From Lama glama (lineage: Eukaryota), in contig CM052816.1 of the NCBI GenBank assembly GCA_028534125.1, forward strand, positions 69,938,001 to 70,002,000: a stretch of DNA of 64,000 bases, read 5' to 3'. The stretch's first letter is position 1. The number at the start of each line of letters is the position of its first letter. Position numbers and translations under genes: made by a program. Below the pieces are notes generated by a model. It searched no databases. It saw only the letters and a list, made by a program, of their open reading frames with translations, and had not been told where the DNA came from. This document shows, one piece after another, positions 11,311-24,347 of this stretch.

Positions 11311-14300
11311 GTCTTTTTTTTTTTGAAGCAAAAAAATGCTTATTCAGAGTTGAGTTTAGTTTTGTTTTTTGGGGTTTCCCCCCAGTTTTATTGAGATTTA
11401 ATTGACATATAGCACTGTATAAGTTTAAGATATATAGCATAATGATTTGACTTACATATATTGTGAAATGATTACCACAATAAGTTTAGTTAACATGCAT
11501 CATCTCATATAGATACCAAAAAAAAAGGGAAAACAACCTATTTTTCCTTTGTGATGAGGGTAGGTTTTACCCTTGTAACAATTTACATATATATCATACA
11601 GCAGTGTTAATTATAGTCATAATGTTATGTAGTATATCCATAGTACTTATTTATCTTATAACTGAAAGTTTATACCTTTTGAACAACTTCAACAATTCCC
11701 TCAGCACCCCACACCCTGCCTGTGGTAACCACAAATCTGATTTTTTTTTTCTATGAATTCAGTTTTTTTTTTTTTCTTTCTAGATTCCACATATAAGTGA
11801 GATCGTAAAGTATATGCTTTCTCTGACTTATTTCACTTAGTGTAATGCCCTCCAGGTTCATCTCTGTCACAAAGGCCAGGCTTTCCTCCCTTTTTTGTGG
11901 CTGAATACTATTCTACTGTATATATATACTCCACCAATTCTTTATCCATTCATCCATTTATAGACACTTTAATTGTTTCCATGTCTCAGCTATTGTTAAT
12001 AATACTGCTATGAACATCAGGGTGCATATATCTCTTCATCATAGTGTTTTTGTTTCCTTTTAATATATTCCCACAAGTGGAATTGCTGGATCATATCAAT
12101 TTTTTGAGGAAACGCCATACTGTTTTCTGTAGTAACTGTACCAATTTATAATCCTACCAACAGTACACAAAGGTTTGCTTTTCTCCACATCTTTGCCAGA
12201 ATTTGTTTTCATGTCTTTTTGATGCTAGCCATTCTGACACGCCTGAGGTATTGTCTCATTGTGGTTTTGATCTGCATTTCACTAATGACTAGTGAAGTTG
12301 ATCATCTTTTTATGTACCTGTTGGCCATTCATACATCTTTGGGAAAATGTCTATTCAGGGCCTTGGCCATTGTTTACCTAGACTATTTATTTTTGCTATT
12401 GATTTGTATGCGTTCTTTATATATTTTGGATATTAGTCCTTCAGATACATAGTTTGCAAATATTTTCCCCATTCCATAGGCTGTCTTTTCATTTTTCTGA
12501 TCATTTCTTTTGTCTGCTGTGCAGAAGGTTTCTAGTTTAATACAGTCCTACTTGTTTATTTTGATGCTTGTGCTTTAGGTATCATATCCAAAAATTCATT
12601 GCCAAGACTCCATGTCAAGGAGATTTCCCCCCATATTTTCTTTTAGGAGTTTTATGGTTTCAGATCTTACATTTAAATCTTTAATCCATTTCAAGTTAAT
12701 TTTTGTGAGTGGTGTAGGATAGGACTATAGTTTCATTCTTTTACATGTGAATATCCAATTTTCTCAGCATTATTTGTGGAAGAGATTGTCTTTTCTCCAC
12801 TGAATATTTTTGGCTTCCTTGTCAAATATTGGTTGACCATGTATGCCTAGGTTTATTTCTGGGCTTTCAGTTCATTCTGTTGGTCTATTTGTCTGTTTTT
12901 ATGGCAGCACCATACTGTTTTGATTACTCTATCTTCATAACATAGCTTGAAATCAGGAAGTGTGATTCCTCCCACTTTGTTTTCTTTTTCTGTATTGCTT
13001 TGACTATTCAGGGTCTTTTTTGATCCCATATAAAATTTAGGATTTTTTTTTTTACTTTTTAAAAATTGCCATTGGAATCTTGAGAGGGGTTGTATTGAAT
13101 CTATGGCTTTTGGTAGTATTGATATTTTAACAATATTAATTTTTCCAATCCATGAACACAGGATACCTTTCAATTTATTTGTGTCTTCTTCAATTTATTT
13201 CATCAACATGTTGTAGTTTTCAGTGTACAGATCTTTCACTTCCTTGGTTAAATTTATTTCAAGATTTTATTGTTTTTGATGCTATTGTAAAAAAAAATTA
13301 CTTCTTTTTCAGATAGTTGGGTGTCAGCATATAGAAATGATAAAATTTTTTTTATCAATTTCATATCCTATGACTTTACTGAATTTGTTGATTGGATCTA
13401 ACAGGGTTTTATTTTTTTTGTTTGTGGTGTCTTTAGAGTTTTATATATATAGATGTATATATACATATCCTCTGGAAATAGAGACAGTATTACTATTTTC
13501 TTTTCAATTCTGATGAATTTTGTTTATTTTTCTTGCTAATTTGTCTGGCTAAAACTTCCAGTACTGTGTTGAATAAATGTGGTGAGAGAGGGCACATTTT
13601 TCTTATTTCTGATAATAGAGGAAAATGCCTTCAAAATTTCACCATTGAGTATAATATTAGCTGTGGTTTTGTCATATATGGCCCCTATTTTTGTAGAGGT
13701 ATATTCCTTCTATAACCTAATTTGATATGAGTTTTATCATGAACTAACATTGATTTTTGTCAAATGCTTTTTCTGTATCTATTGAGGTGACTATATGATT
13801 ACTTTCTTTCATTGTATTGTGATGTATCACATTGATCTATATTTGTGGAACCATCCTTGCATCCTAGGGATAAATTCCATTTGATTATAGTTAATGACCC
13901 TTTTAATGTGCTGCTGAATTTGATTTGTTAGAATTTTATTGAGAATTTTTACATCTATATTTGTCAGTGATATTGGTCTGTAGTTTTCTTTTCTGGTAGT
14001 ATCCTTTTCTGGTTTTTGATATCAGGATAATGCTGGCCTTGTAAATTGTGTTTGGGAGTATACCTTTCTCTTTGATTTTTTGTAAGAATTTGATAAGGAT
14101 TGGCATATATCTTTTGTAAAATTCACCAATGGAATCCTCTGGTCCTGGTTTTCTGGTTATTTTGTAGGTTCATTATTCCTTGTTGCTTATCTTTCTGTCT
14201 GTTTTGTGTTTTGATGTATTTTGTTATCAGTATGCTTTGACTTCTTTATATTCTTCAGAGTAATTTCTACAGACTTTTTTTTCCTTTGTTTTTATCATGA

Positions 14301-16841
14301 GGTTTACATAAAGTATCTTAAAAATAAAACACCCTATTTTAAACTGATAACAATCTTTGCCTTCAATAGAACTTCTAAACTTTATATTTTAACTTCTCCT
14401 CTTCCTCACATTTTGAGTTATTGATGTTGCAGTTTACATATTTTTCATATTGTATAACTAATATCAGATTATTGTATTTGTGGTTGTTTGTTTTTAACTT
14501 CTAAGCTATAGTTTTAAGTAAATTATGTACTATCATTACTATATTATGGAATCTAACTTTGACAATATATTTATCATTACCATGAGTTTTACACTACCTT
14601 CTTATGTTTTTATGATGTTAGTGTCCTTTCACTTCCACTCAAAGAACACCATTTAGGGTTTCTTGTGAAGACAGGTCTAGTGGTGATAAACTCCCTCAGT
14701 TTTAGTTTTTTTAAGGAAAGTCTCTCTCTCCTTTATTTCTAAAGGACAGTTTTGTGGAGAATAAAGTTCTTGGTTGACTTTTTCCCTCCAGTATTTTGAA
14801 TATGTCATGTGTTCTCTCATGGCCTGAAACATTTCTGTTGAAGAAGCTACCCATAGTCCTATGGAAGTTCCCTTGTATTAATTTTTTCTCTTTTGCTGCT
14901 TTCAAAATTCTTTGTCTTTTGACTTTTGATAATTTAATTATAATGTGTCTCAGTGTAGTCCTATTTGGGTTGAATCTATGTGGAATTATTTGGGCCTCAT
15001 GGATCTGGATGTCCATGTCTCTTCCCAAGTTTGAGATATTTTCAGAGATTTTTGCTTTTAAATATACTTTCTGTCCTATTGTTTCTTTTCTTCTTCTGGA
15101 ATTCCCATAATGTGGATATTGTTTCTTTTGATTGTGTCCCATAAGTCCTAGAGACTTTCTTCACTTTTTCATTCTTTTTTCTGCTTGGTCCTCTGACTGG
15201 ATAATTTTAAATATCCTGTTCTCTAGATCACTTAGTCTTTCTTCTGTATGGCTGAGTCTGAGTTTGAAGTTCTCCATTGAATTCTTCAGTTCAATCATGG
15301 TATTTTTCAGCTCTGGATTTGGTTGTTTTTGTTTTAATGGTCTCTATTTCTTTGTTGAATTCATGGTTTGTTTCCCTGACTAAGCATGGCTGTAGGATGG
15401 GCTCTGCAGTCGACTGGGTTCTTTGTTCAGGCTGACTAGATGGTCAGGACTGGGTACTATATTTAGCAGCATAGTACTATGAATTAGCTTTTCTGTCCAG
15501 GTGGGATAGCAGGATGGACCCCAGAACCTGTCCAGCCCGTTGCTTGGGGACCCAAATTGGGCAAAACTATGCACTGAATTCCCTGGCCACCAGTTTTGCT
15601 GTGCAGACAGGAAAATCCATGGGCTGCATTCTCTTGTTGAAGTGTCAGTGTAAGCGGGGCTGTTGGATAGGCTACACAACTTCCCATGTGCTCTGGTTAG
15701 GTTCCCTGGTTGAGCAAATTGAAAGCTGTATGCAGCAATGGGTAGGGCTACAAATTAGTTTCCAAGCACAGGCACAGCAGGAGAACCAGGTCCAACTCAG
15801 AAAGGTTTTTTGTTTGTGGTCTTGACTCAAGCTGACGAGTGCCCCAAGTAACTTGGCCAAACAAGGGCATTGGTTTGGTTTTGCAGATTATCGGCTCTGC
15901 CTGCCAAGTTCTCTGCTTGAGCATTGCTGAGCTACACAGTTTTCCAGCTGTTCTGGACAGGCTTTCTGGTTGGCCATGTCTAGGAGCTTCACTCAGCGGT
16001 GGATGGGCCTATGAATTAGCTCCCCTGCCTGGATGGATGAAAGGAACCCTCTAATCCCAGGACTGGCTTTGCTCTGCAATAATCAGCTTTGCCTGCCAGA
16101 CTCTTTGCTTGAGTGTTACTGGGCTATGTAGCTTCCAGGTGATCTTGCCAGCCTGATCAGATGGGGCCAGGAGCGACACTCAGCAGTTAATAGGGTTGTA
16201 ACTTGCCAGCCTGGTCAGATGGGGCCAGGAGCTACACTCAGCAGTTAATAGGGTTGTAACTCAGCAAATTAGGGAGACCAGCACCCTGCTGAGTTCCCTG
16301 GTCAGACTGTGCTGCTGACTTGGTTCTACAGATGAGCACAGCCAAGAGTTGGAACAAGTACCTGGGTGCTGCATGTAGAAACTTGATCTGCCAAGATCCA
16401 CGTGCTGGTTGTTATAAGCCACTCCCTCTTCCCCATCACAATCAAATTCCCAGTGGTCAAGCCCCACAGATTCCTGTAATCCCTATGGGGCAAGACTGGA
16501 GTGAGGGCTCCCAAGAAGTGACTCACAGTACTAGGGGAGCTGGATGTCAACCTTATGCTCTCTTTTCCCACTGAAGGAATCACAGGTTGAGGGAAGATCT
16601 CTCAGAATGGTTCTGCACCAATCTGGAGGAGGAGCAATATGGTCAGCATGTAACCCTCCTGTTAACCCTTCTAATGTACTCTCTCTTGTTCCCTGTGGTA
16701 CAGGGGGTGCTTCAGCCTCACTCCGTATTCTAGGATTTCTCAGTGGTGTCTTGCCTGGTAAATATTTGTTAGTTGTTTTTCTTGTGATGTGGAGCAAAGT
16801 TGGAAATAACCTATGCCCTCAACATGTGATAACACTTCCTC
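11311..16841 (-). mobile_element. L1 (L1MA9/L1M2-like) with 5' UTR, partial ORF1, internally deleted ORF2 and 3' UTR
   Basis: 3' UTR at ~11385-11810. ORF2 RT and C-terminal remnants (12853..13173: CSWIGKINIVKISILPKAI, GGITLPDFKL). ORF1 remnant (14711..15142: IQIHEAQIIPHRFNPNRTTLRHIIIKL). GC-richer 5' UTR at ~15380-16841. TSD-like TAATATTT(TT)CT at 11299-11310 and 16842-16851. Confidence 0.9.
16144..16259. repeat. 58 bp tandem duplication in the L1 5' UTR
   Basis: 16144-16201 and 16202-16259 match at 56 of 58 positions. Confidence 0.95.
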
Positions 16842-17257
16842 TAATATTTCTTTTAAAGCATATCTGATAACAATGTATCCTGTGTCTTTGTTTATCTGGG
16901 AATGACTTTTCATATTTGAAAGATGGTTTTGCTATATATAGGATTTTTTTTTCTCTCTCAGCACTTTAAGTATGTCATTCCACTGTATTCTATATTCTGG
17001 CCTCCATGAGATTTTTTTTTAATAAGAAATCAGCTGTTAATCTTATTATGGTTTCTTTGTAGCTCATGTATTCTCTTGTTGCTCTCATGGTTTCTTTTTT
17101 TTCTTTCAACAGTTGGCCTATGTGTCTAAGTTTTGTTTTGTTTTTCTTTCCTAACTTTCTTGGAGTTTTTTTGAACTTCTTGTTGTTTAGATTGCTTTTT
17201 TAAAAATTAAATTTGTGAAGTAATCATCCATTATTATTTTGAATATTTTTCTACTCT

Positions 17258-17811
17258 TGTGATAGGCAGAATAATGCACCACACCACCCCCATCACCCCA
17301 CAGATATCAATAATCTATGAAACTTATGAATATGTTACCTCACATGGAAAAGGGAACTTTGCAGATGTTATTATAATTAAAGATCTTGAGATGGGGAGAT
17401 TATTTTAGATTATTTGGATGGGCCCAGCCTAATCACAGGTCCTTAAAAGAACTTTTCCTGGCTGAGGTCAATGCTGGAATAAGATGCCCTGATCACTACA
17501 AAAAATGATCAGAGAGATGCAATATTGCTGGCTTTAAACAGGATAGGGGCCATCAGTTGAGAAATGTGGTCATCCTGTGGAAGCTGGGAAAGAAGAGGAA
17601 ATGAATTTTCCCCTGGAGTCCCCAGAAAGGAATGCAGCCCTGCCAACATCTTAATTAGCCCAGTGAGACCCGTGTTAGACTTCTCACCTACAGAACTGTA
17701 AAATAGTGTGTGAGTGAGTGAATGAATGAATGAATGAATGAATAAGTTTGTATTGTTTTAAGCCATTAATTTTGTAGTAATTTGTTGTGGCACCAATAGT
17801 AAACCAATACT
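17258..17811 (+). mobile_element. Solo LTR, ERVL-MaLR (MLT1D-like), with a (TGAA)n tract at ~17718-17743
   Basis: TGTGATAGGCAGAATAATG...GAATATGTTACCTCACATGG...CTTGAGATGGGGAGATTAT...CCCAGTGAGACCC...GTTTTAAGCCATTAATTTTGTAGTAATTTGTT. Confidence 0.85.
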
Positions 17812-19449
17812 GCTCCCTTCTCTTCTTCTGGTTCTTCTACTATGCATATATTGATGTACTTAATTGTGTCTCACAGATCTTTGAGGCTCTGTTCATGTTT
17901 TTTTCTCTTTTTTCCTTTCAGTTCTTCAAACTGGGTAATCTCTATTGCTCTATCTCCATATTCACTTATCTCTTCTGTCAGCTAAAACCTATTGTTGAGT
18001 CCCTCTGGTGAGTTTTTCATTACAGTTATTGTGCTTTTAAACTCTAGTATTTCTGCTTGATTTTTTAAAAAACAATTCTATCTCTATTAATATTCTCTTT
18101 TGTGAGTCATTGTGAGCATACTTTCATTTAATGCATTAAATATGGATTCCTTTTGTTCTTGGAACATATTTATAGTAGTTGCTTTGAAGCCTTTGTTAAT
18201 TCTAATATCTTGGTGCACCCAAAAGCAATGTCTGTGGACTGATTTTTTTCCCCTCTGTTTATAGGGCACACTTCCCTGTTTCTTTTCATGCCTCATACTT
18301 ATTTGTTGATAACTGGACATTTTAGACAATATAGCAACTCTCAGTAATTAATCTGTGTCTCCACTTGAGGCTTGTGGTTGCTTTTTGTTGTTGTTGTTCC
18401 TTTTTTTAGTGATTTGTTTGAACAAACTTTGTGAAGTCTATTTCCTCTGCAGTGTGTAGTCTCTGATGTATGTCACTATTCATTTGTTTTCCTTTATTAT
18501 TAAGCTTCCTAGGCATCACTGCTAGGTCAGCATAGCTTAATTTTCAGTGATTAATCAGAGGTTGTTTTAAGCCCCCTAAGCCAGTAATGCTTCTACTCTT
18601 TGTTGGTGGGTCTGTGTATAGTGTTGGGAATGCTTTCAAAGATCAGGAGTTAAAATTATAAGTCAGCCCCATGTTCAGCCAAGGACTAGCAACTTCTCTG
18701 GTTATTTGGGTGCTGTCTTGCTCATGTATACAGCTGTTCAAATGACCAGGGATACATGTGGTCTTAGCAAGGTTTTTTTTTTTTTTTTTTTTGCTATCTC
18801 TTTCCCTGGATCTCCCTCTGAAAATTCTGATAATGCCATTTTGTTTACCCTAACTAGTAGCACAAAGATATTAGCCTTTATTGATTGTTTGTCATTGATC
18901 TCTACTGTTTTTGACAGTGTTCCTGAACATGGCTTTTTCCATGCTCTCCAAGTAAAATTAGCCCTTCAGGCAAGGCCAATCAGCTACCAGTTCTCATGAC
19001 ATGCCATGCCTACCCTGGGCAAAATCTCCACAACACAAGGCCAGGGCCCTGGGAATAGGGATAGGAGTCATTGGTCTTCCCAACCTATCCCATCCTTCCC
19101 TGGAGTAGAAACTGTGTCCCAAATTGGGAACTGGTGAGGGAGAATGGGAGCTGTCAATCCTCATGAGCTGCCCTACCAACATAGTATAGAATTTCTAAAA
19201 CGTAGAGATGAGGAGAATGGGAGCAGCCCCTGGCTTAAAAATGACATATACTCCACTTTTCTTACCAGGATGCATAGATTTTTTTGAGCAGATGCTTCTC
19301 AATTTATTATATGCCCTCTGGTCAAATTCTACAGACATTAAAATTTTTTTACTAATTAATTTATTTATGTATTTATCTGATTTATCACTGTTTCTGTGAG
19401 GAGAGATTCTGTCAAGCTTTTCATGTAAACATTTCAGAATCACTCCTAA

Positions 19450-21950
19450 TCCAGTCTTGACTATGGTGGTTGCAAACTACTGATCTTCCAACTCCAGCAG
19501 CACTCTCTCCAAATTTACCACTCTGTACTTGGCATTCTGTTATAGAAGAGCCCTTCCTTCTCCTCCATATCTTTATGTATTTATTTTCAATGTGGATTCA
19601 TGAGCTGCTATTCTTTTCCCTAATGATTTATTCTTCATTACTGTACTGAGTGATTTATCTGCTCAGTTTGTACAGATTTGACCAATTGGGATCCCTTCAA
19701 GCTAGATTCTGCACTTTGCACATCATTTGGATATAATATTTTCTCACTTTCTGGTGTAGCAGCATGTTCTAGGTTTCAACTTGTACTTACCCTGTCCCAG
19801 TGTTGCACTCAGTCATTTTTCTGAGAAGCCTTAGTATATTTCATTGAGAAATACTATTAATAGACCAAGATCTTGATGGTAAGCATGCTGCCTGATTCTG
19901 GAGCACTTTTGCTTCTCGTCCTTCAGTGGGCAAAACTGGGAAATTTCTGTGCATGTAAATATAAAAGTAATTATACACACATATATGTATGCATACATAT
20001 ACATGCACACACATATACATATTTTAGAAATCATAATTTTGAATTTATACCTCCAATTCACCCCCACAAAGTTATTTCTTGCCTTTTCTCATTCCACATT
20101 TGTATGCCCCTTCGTCAGTGAAAACAACAAAAAGTGTATTTATTCCTTCACTCAATTTTCTAATACGTCCAGATTTGTTTCAGAATTTCATTGCCCATAC
20201 CACTAGGTAAAACAACTCTCCAAAAAAAAAAGATTGAAGGATTTGTTTGCAGTTCATCCCCATCATTCCATCCCATCCAAGACTGCGGGTATATGGTCAA
20301 ATACTGTGTTCAAAGTAACTTGGATAAGTTCTTTCTTTTTTTCCCCTTTCTAATGGTAATGATATTCATTTACCACTTATAGGTAAAGAATTTCATTGTT
20401 TTCCAGTTTTCTCTTCTTTTTATGCAAAAGGATATGTATATGTGTGTATGTATATTTATATATTTACATAATGTACACATATACACACATATGTAGGTAA
20501 TCAATCACAGCCTTAATTGTAATAAAAATATTAGATGTATATACATGTATATATAAACATAGTATTTTATACTTGTTTCAGTAAACAATATCTCCTAGAA
20601 ATCACTCCATATCAGTTCATATAAATTTTCCTCATTTTGAAAATAGGTATATTATACTCAATTCTGTGGATGTTCCATACTACATTCATTCAATTTCTTA
20701 CACCTAGATATTTATGTAGTTTCTAATTTTTTAAATAACAATGTAATAGTGTCTGTTTCTCCACAGTCTCAATAACAAAGTATATCAGCAAGATTAGAAT
20801 TTCTGCCCATCAGACAGAAGAAAAATAGTATCACAGGGAACATTTAATTAGCATTTTTACAAAAAGTTACGTTTTTACATATGTTCCAGGGCCATTTTTG
20901 CCTCTGCAAATTGTCTGTTCATGACTTTTGTCAATTTTTCTATAGAATTTTCATCCTTTCCCCTCTCAATTCTTAAAAATTCTTAGTATAGTTGGGAGTA
21001 ACCCTTTAACTGTGATATATTATTGCAAATGTTTTCTCCCAGTTTATTTGCTTTAAACTTTGCTTATAATTTCTTATCATCCCAAAGATTTATATTGTTA
21101 TATAGTCAAATTTATCATTTGTTGCATTGCATCTGGATTTTGAGTTATAACTTAAAATAATTTGAATCATAGATTAAAAACTTTTTCTGATGCTATAGAC
21201 AGATTCACCCATGTTTTCTTCTAGAACTTACATAATTTCCTCTTCCCCTTTTCCCTCCCCTTCCTTCCTTCCTTCTTTCCTTCCTTCCTTCCTTCCTTCC
21301 TTATCTCTGATCCAGTTGGAGTTTATTCTTGTGCATGGTGGAAAGAATGGATCAAATTTTATCTTCTCCAGTTGTCCCAATACCATTTCTTAAAAATATC
21401 TTTGCCCCAAATTATATGAGATATCACCTTTGTCATATACTATATTTCTATACATAGTCAGTCTATTTCTGGACTTTTTATTCTATCCCATTGGCATGTC
21501 CATTCATGCTCAGGACCAAGTTGTTTTAATATAGATTTTCTCATATGTTTAAATATCTGAAAGGGGTAGATCACACTCAGTTTTGTTCTGTTTTTAGTGT
21601 TTTCCTTGCTGTTCTTTTGTATTTGTTTTTACATGTAAACTTTAAGATGAAATTACCTGGATCCATATACAAATTTATTGGGATTTTTACTGGGATCACA
21701 TTAAATGTATAAACTAAAACTGACATCTTCATGATACTGAGATGTCTTTTAAAGAACAAAATATATCTCCTTATTTGTTCAAGTCTATTTTTGTGTCTTT
21801 CAGGAATGTTTAAAAATTTTTTTTCATAGAGATTTTGGTCAGTTCTTATTAAAGTTATTCCTAAGTATTTCATCTTTTAACTTCTATTGCTATTATAAAT
21901 AGAATTCTCTCATGTGTTATAACAGTATAATTTATATATATGAGTACTAT
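19450..21950 (-). mobile_element. Ancient L1MC/L1ME-type fragments (3' UTR and ORF2 C-terminal remnants)
   Basis: ORF-track 21577..21873 (-) MKYLGITL...YTFNVIPVKIP matches the ORF2 post-RT motifs KYLGI and FNAIPIKIP. Boundaries are approximate. Confidence 0.6.
21259..21300. repeat. (TTCC)n microsatellite
   Basis: CCTTCCTTCCTTCCTTCTTTCCTTCCTTCCTTCCTTCCTTCC. Confidence 0.95.
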
Positions 21951-21951
21951 T

Positions 21952-22610
21952 AATTTTTATTGTGGTAAAAAAACATGTAACATAAAATTTGTCATCTTAA
22001 CCATTTTTAAATGTATAGTTCAGTAGTGTTAGTATACTCAATTTGCTGTGAAGCAGGTCTCCAGAACTTTTTCATCTTGCAAAACTAAAATCTGTACCCA
22101 TTAAGTAACTTCTCACACCCTAGCAACCACCATTTTACTTTGTCTGAGTTTGACTACTCTAGATACTTCATATAAGTGGAAACATGTAACTCTTGTCTTT
22201 TTGTGATTGATTTCACTTAGCATAATGTCCTCAAGATTCATACATGCTGTAGCATGTGACAGGATTTCCTTGCTTTTACAGTTGAATAATATTCTACTGT
22301 ATGTATATACCACATTTTGATTATTAATTCATCTGTCGATGTACATTTGGGTTGCTTCCACTTCTTGGCTATTAGGGATGGTGCTGCTATGAATATGGTT
22401 CTGAAAATGTCTCTCTAAGACCCAGCTTTAAATACTTTTGGATATATACCCAGAAATAAGATTGCCAAATCATATAGTAGCTCTAATTTTCACGGGACTG
22501 CCATACTGTTTTTCATGAAAGTAGCCCCATTTTACAGTCCCACCAGCACTGCACAAAGATTTTAATTTTTCCATATCATAACCAACAGTTGTTATTTTTT
22601 GTTTTTTTAA
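21952..22610 (-). mobile_element. 5'-truncated L1MB-type 3' end
   Basis: TTTTATTGTGGTAAAA...ATCTTAACCATTTTTAAATGTATAGTTCAGTAG. ORF-track 22113..22313 (EILSHATACMNLEDIMLSEI) is an ORF2 C-terminus. Confidence 0.85.
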
Positions 22611-23539
22611 ATGAATTCATCTTCCCATGCATTGATTTATAAACAGAAAACCAAATCACACCAGAAATGAATGTTTCATCAAGTAAGGTATGTTAAGAAT
22701 TTTGTTGTTTTCTTTTGCACAATAATGGAAAACTAGAGAAGTATCTGATTTTTTTGTTTTTTGCAGATGTTAGTTTTGAGTAATATTTCTTCCCACATTT
22801 CTTCACTTTGCCTCATTCCACATGGACCATCTTGGTCATGGTGCTAGTGCTGCAGGAATGGAAAATATGACTTTTAGACTGTTCTGTTATATGAATTCTA
22901 ACAATGTAATCTAATCTCTTCAACCAAGTATCACACTTTAATATATAGTTGTTTTCCTGTTTAACCATTATAAGCCATATCAGATGTTAAGAGATTCTGC
23001 ACACTGTGTTACTTTGACATCACACTTAGGTTTGTTTTTATGTTTAAATCAATTTTATTGAGATATAATTTACATTCACTAAGATATACCAAGTTTAAGT
23101 ACAGAATTGATATGGAGTTCTTCCAAGATATACTAAGGAAAAAACAGCAAGGTACAAAAGAGTACATATAGTTTGCTTCCTTTTGTGTGAGAAAGGAGAA
23201 ATATGAATATGTACATTTGCTTAATTTGCAAAATGAAACATAGGAAGGATAAATCAGAGAGTAATAAAACTGCTTAAACCACAGAATGTGGATGAAAATG
23301 GGACTCCAATTTTTTAGTACAATTTTGACTTTTGAACCAGGTTAAAATACTACATATTATCAAAAATAAATCAGCAAGAAAAAAAAAAGCCTATAGATGA
23401 ATACAAAGGAACAAATGAACTTGATTGTATATGAAAATAGATAATATAAAGTATTAATTCCAGTAACTTGGGAAATTGCTAACTCTACCTCCTCTGTAAA
23501 TTTTTTCTGAAGATAAAAAGAACTGTGAAGAAATCTTTT

Positions 23540-24347
23540 TTATTTGTACATATATACATTTTTAATTGAAGTATAGTCAGTTTACAATGTTTCAATTTCT
23601 GGTGTACAGCATAACACTTCTGTCATGCATGAACATACATATATTCGTTTTCTTATTCTTTTTCACCACAAGCTACCACAAGATATTGAATATAGTTTCC
23701 AGTGCTATACAATATGAAATTCTTGTTAATCTATTTTATATATATTAGTATCTGCAAATCTCGAACTCCCTATTTATACCTTCCCACCACCTTCCCCCAC
23801 AGTAACCATAAGTTTGTTTTCTGTGTCTGTGAGTCTGTTTCTATTTTGTAAATAAGTTTGTCTTTTTTTTTTTATGGTATTTTTCTTTCTCTTTCTGGCT
23901 TCACTTAGAATGACAATCTCCAGGTTCATTCATTTTACTGGTAATGGCATTATTTTATTATTTTTCATGGTGGAGTAGTAGTCCATTGTATAAAGTTACC
24001 ACAACTTCTTTATCCAATCATCTGTTGATGGACATTTAGGTTATTTATATGTCTTGGCTATTGTAAATAGTGCTGCTATGAACATTGGGGTGCATGTATC
24101 TTTTCAAATTAAGAGTTCCCTCTAAATATATGCCCAGGAGTGGGATTGCTGGATCATATGGTAACTCTGTTTTTAGTGTTTTTGAGGAATCTCTATACTG
24201 TTTTCCGTAACGGCTGCACCAAACTACATTCCCATGAACAGTGTAGGAGGGTTCCCTTTTCTCCACACTCTTACCAGCATTTATTGTTTGTGGACTTTAA
24301 AACGATGGCCATTCTGACTGGTGTGTGTTGATAACTCATTTTAGTTG
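23540..24347 (-). mobile_element. 5'-truncated lineage-specific L1 3' end, inserted in older plus-strand L1ME-like sequence (~23100-25900)
   Basis: ORF-track 24045..24266 ([14 protein letters not shown]). The 3' UTR TTGAAGTATAGTCAGTTTACAATG...TTTCTGGTGTACAGC is related to the one at 52716-53050. Confidence 0.88.

Larger units (their letters stand above)
9880..19445 (-). mobile_element. Old L1M element (ORF2 endonuclease region, ORF1 and 5' region), split by a younger L1 (11311-16841) and an MLT1 LTR
   Basis: ORF-track 10089..10538 (-) shows endonuclease-like remnants (INLLDLPDIYITLY, DHMLGHKTRLN). Antisense ORF1-like sequence resumes after 16842. Outer boundaries are approximate. Confidence 0.65.

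Noticed and set aside
16144..16259. CRISPR-like array
   Set aside because: It has two adjacent copies with no spacers, inside a mammalian L1 5' UTR. There is no cas gene or prokaryotic context.
22610..22865. Possible processed-pseudogene fragment on the minus strand next to an L1 5' break
   Set aside because: I recognise no protein in any frame, and there is no clear poly(A) signal or TSD. A BLAST search is needed before any claim.
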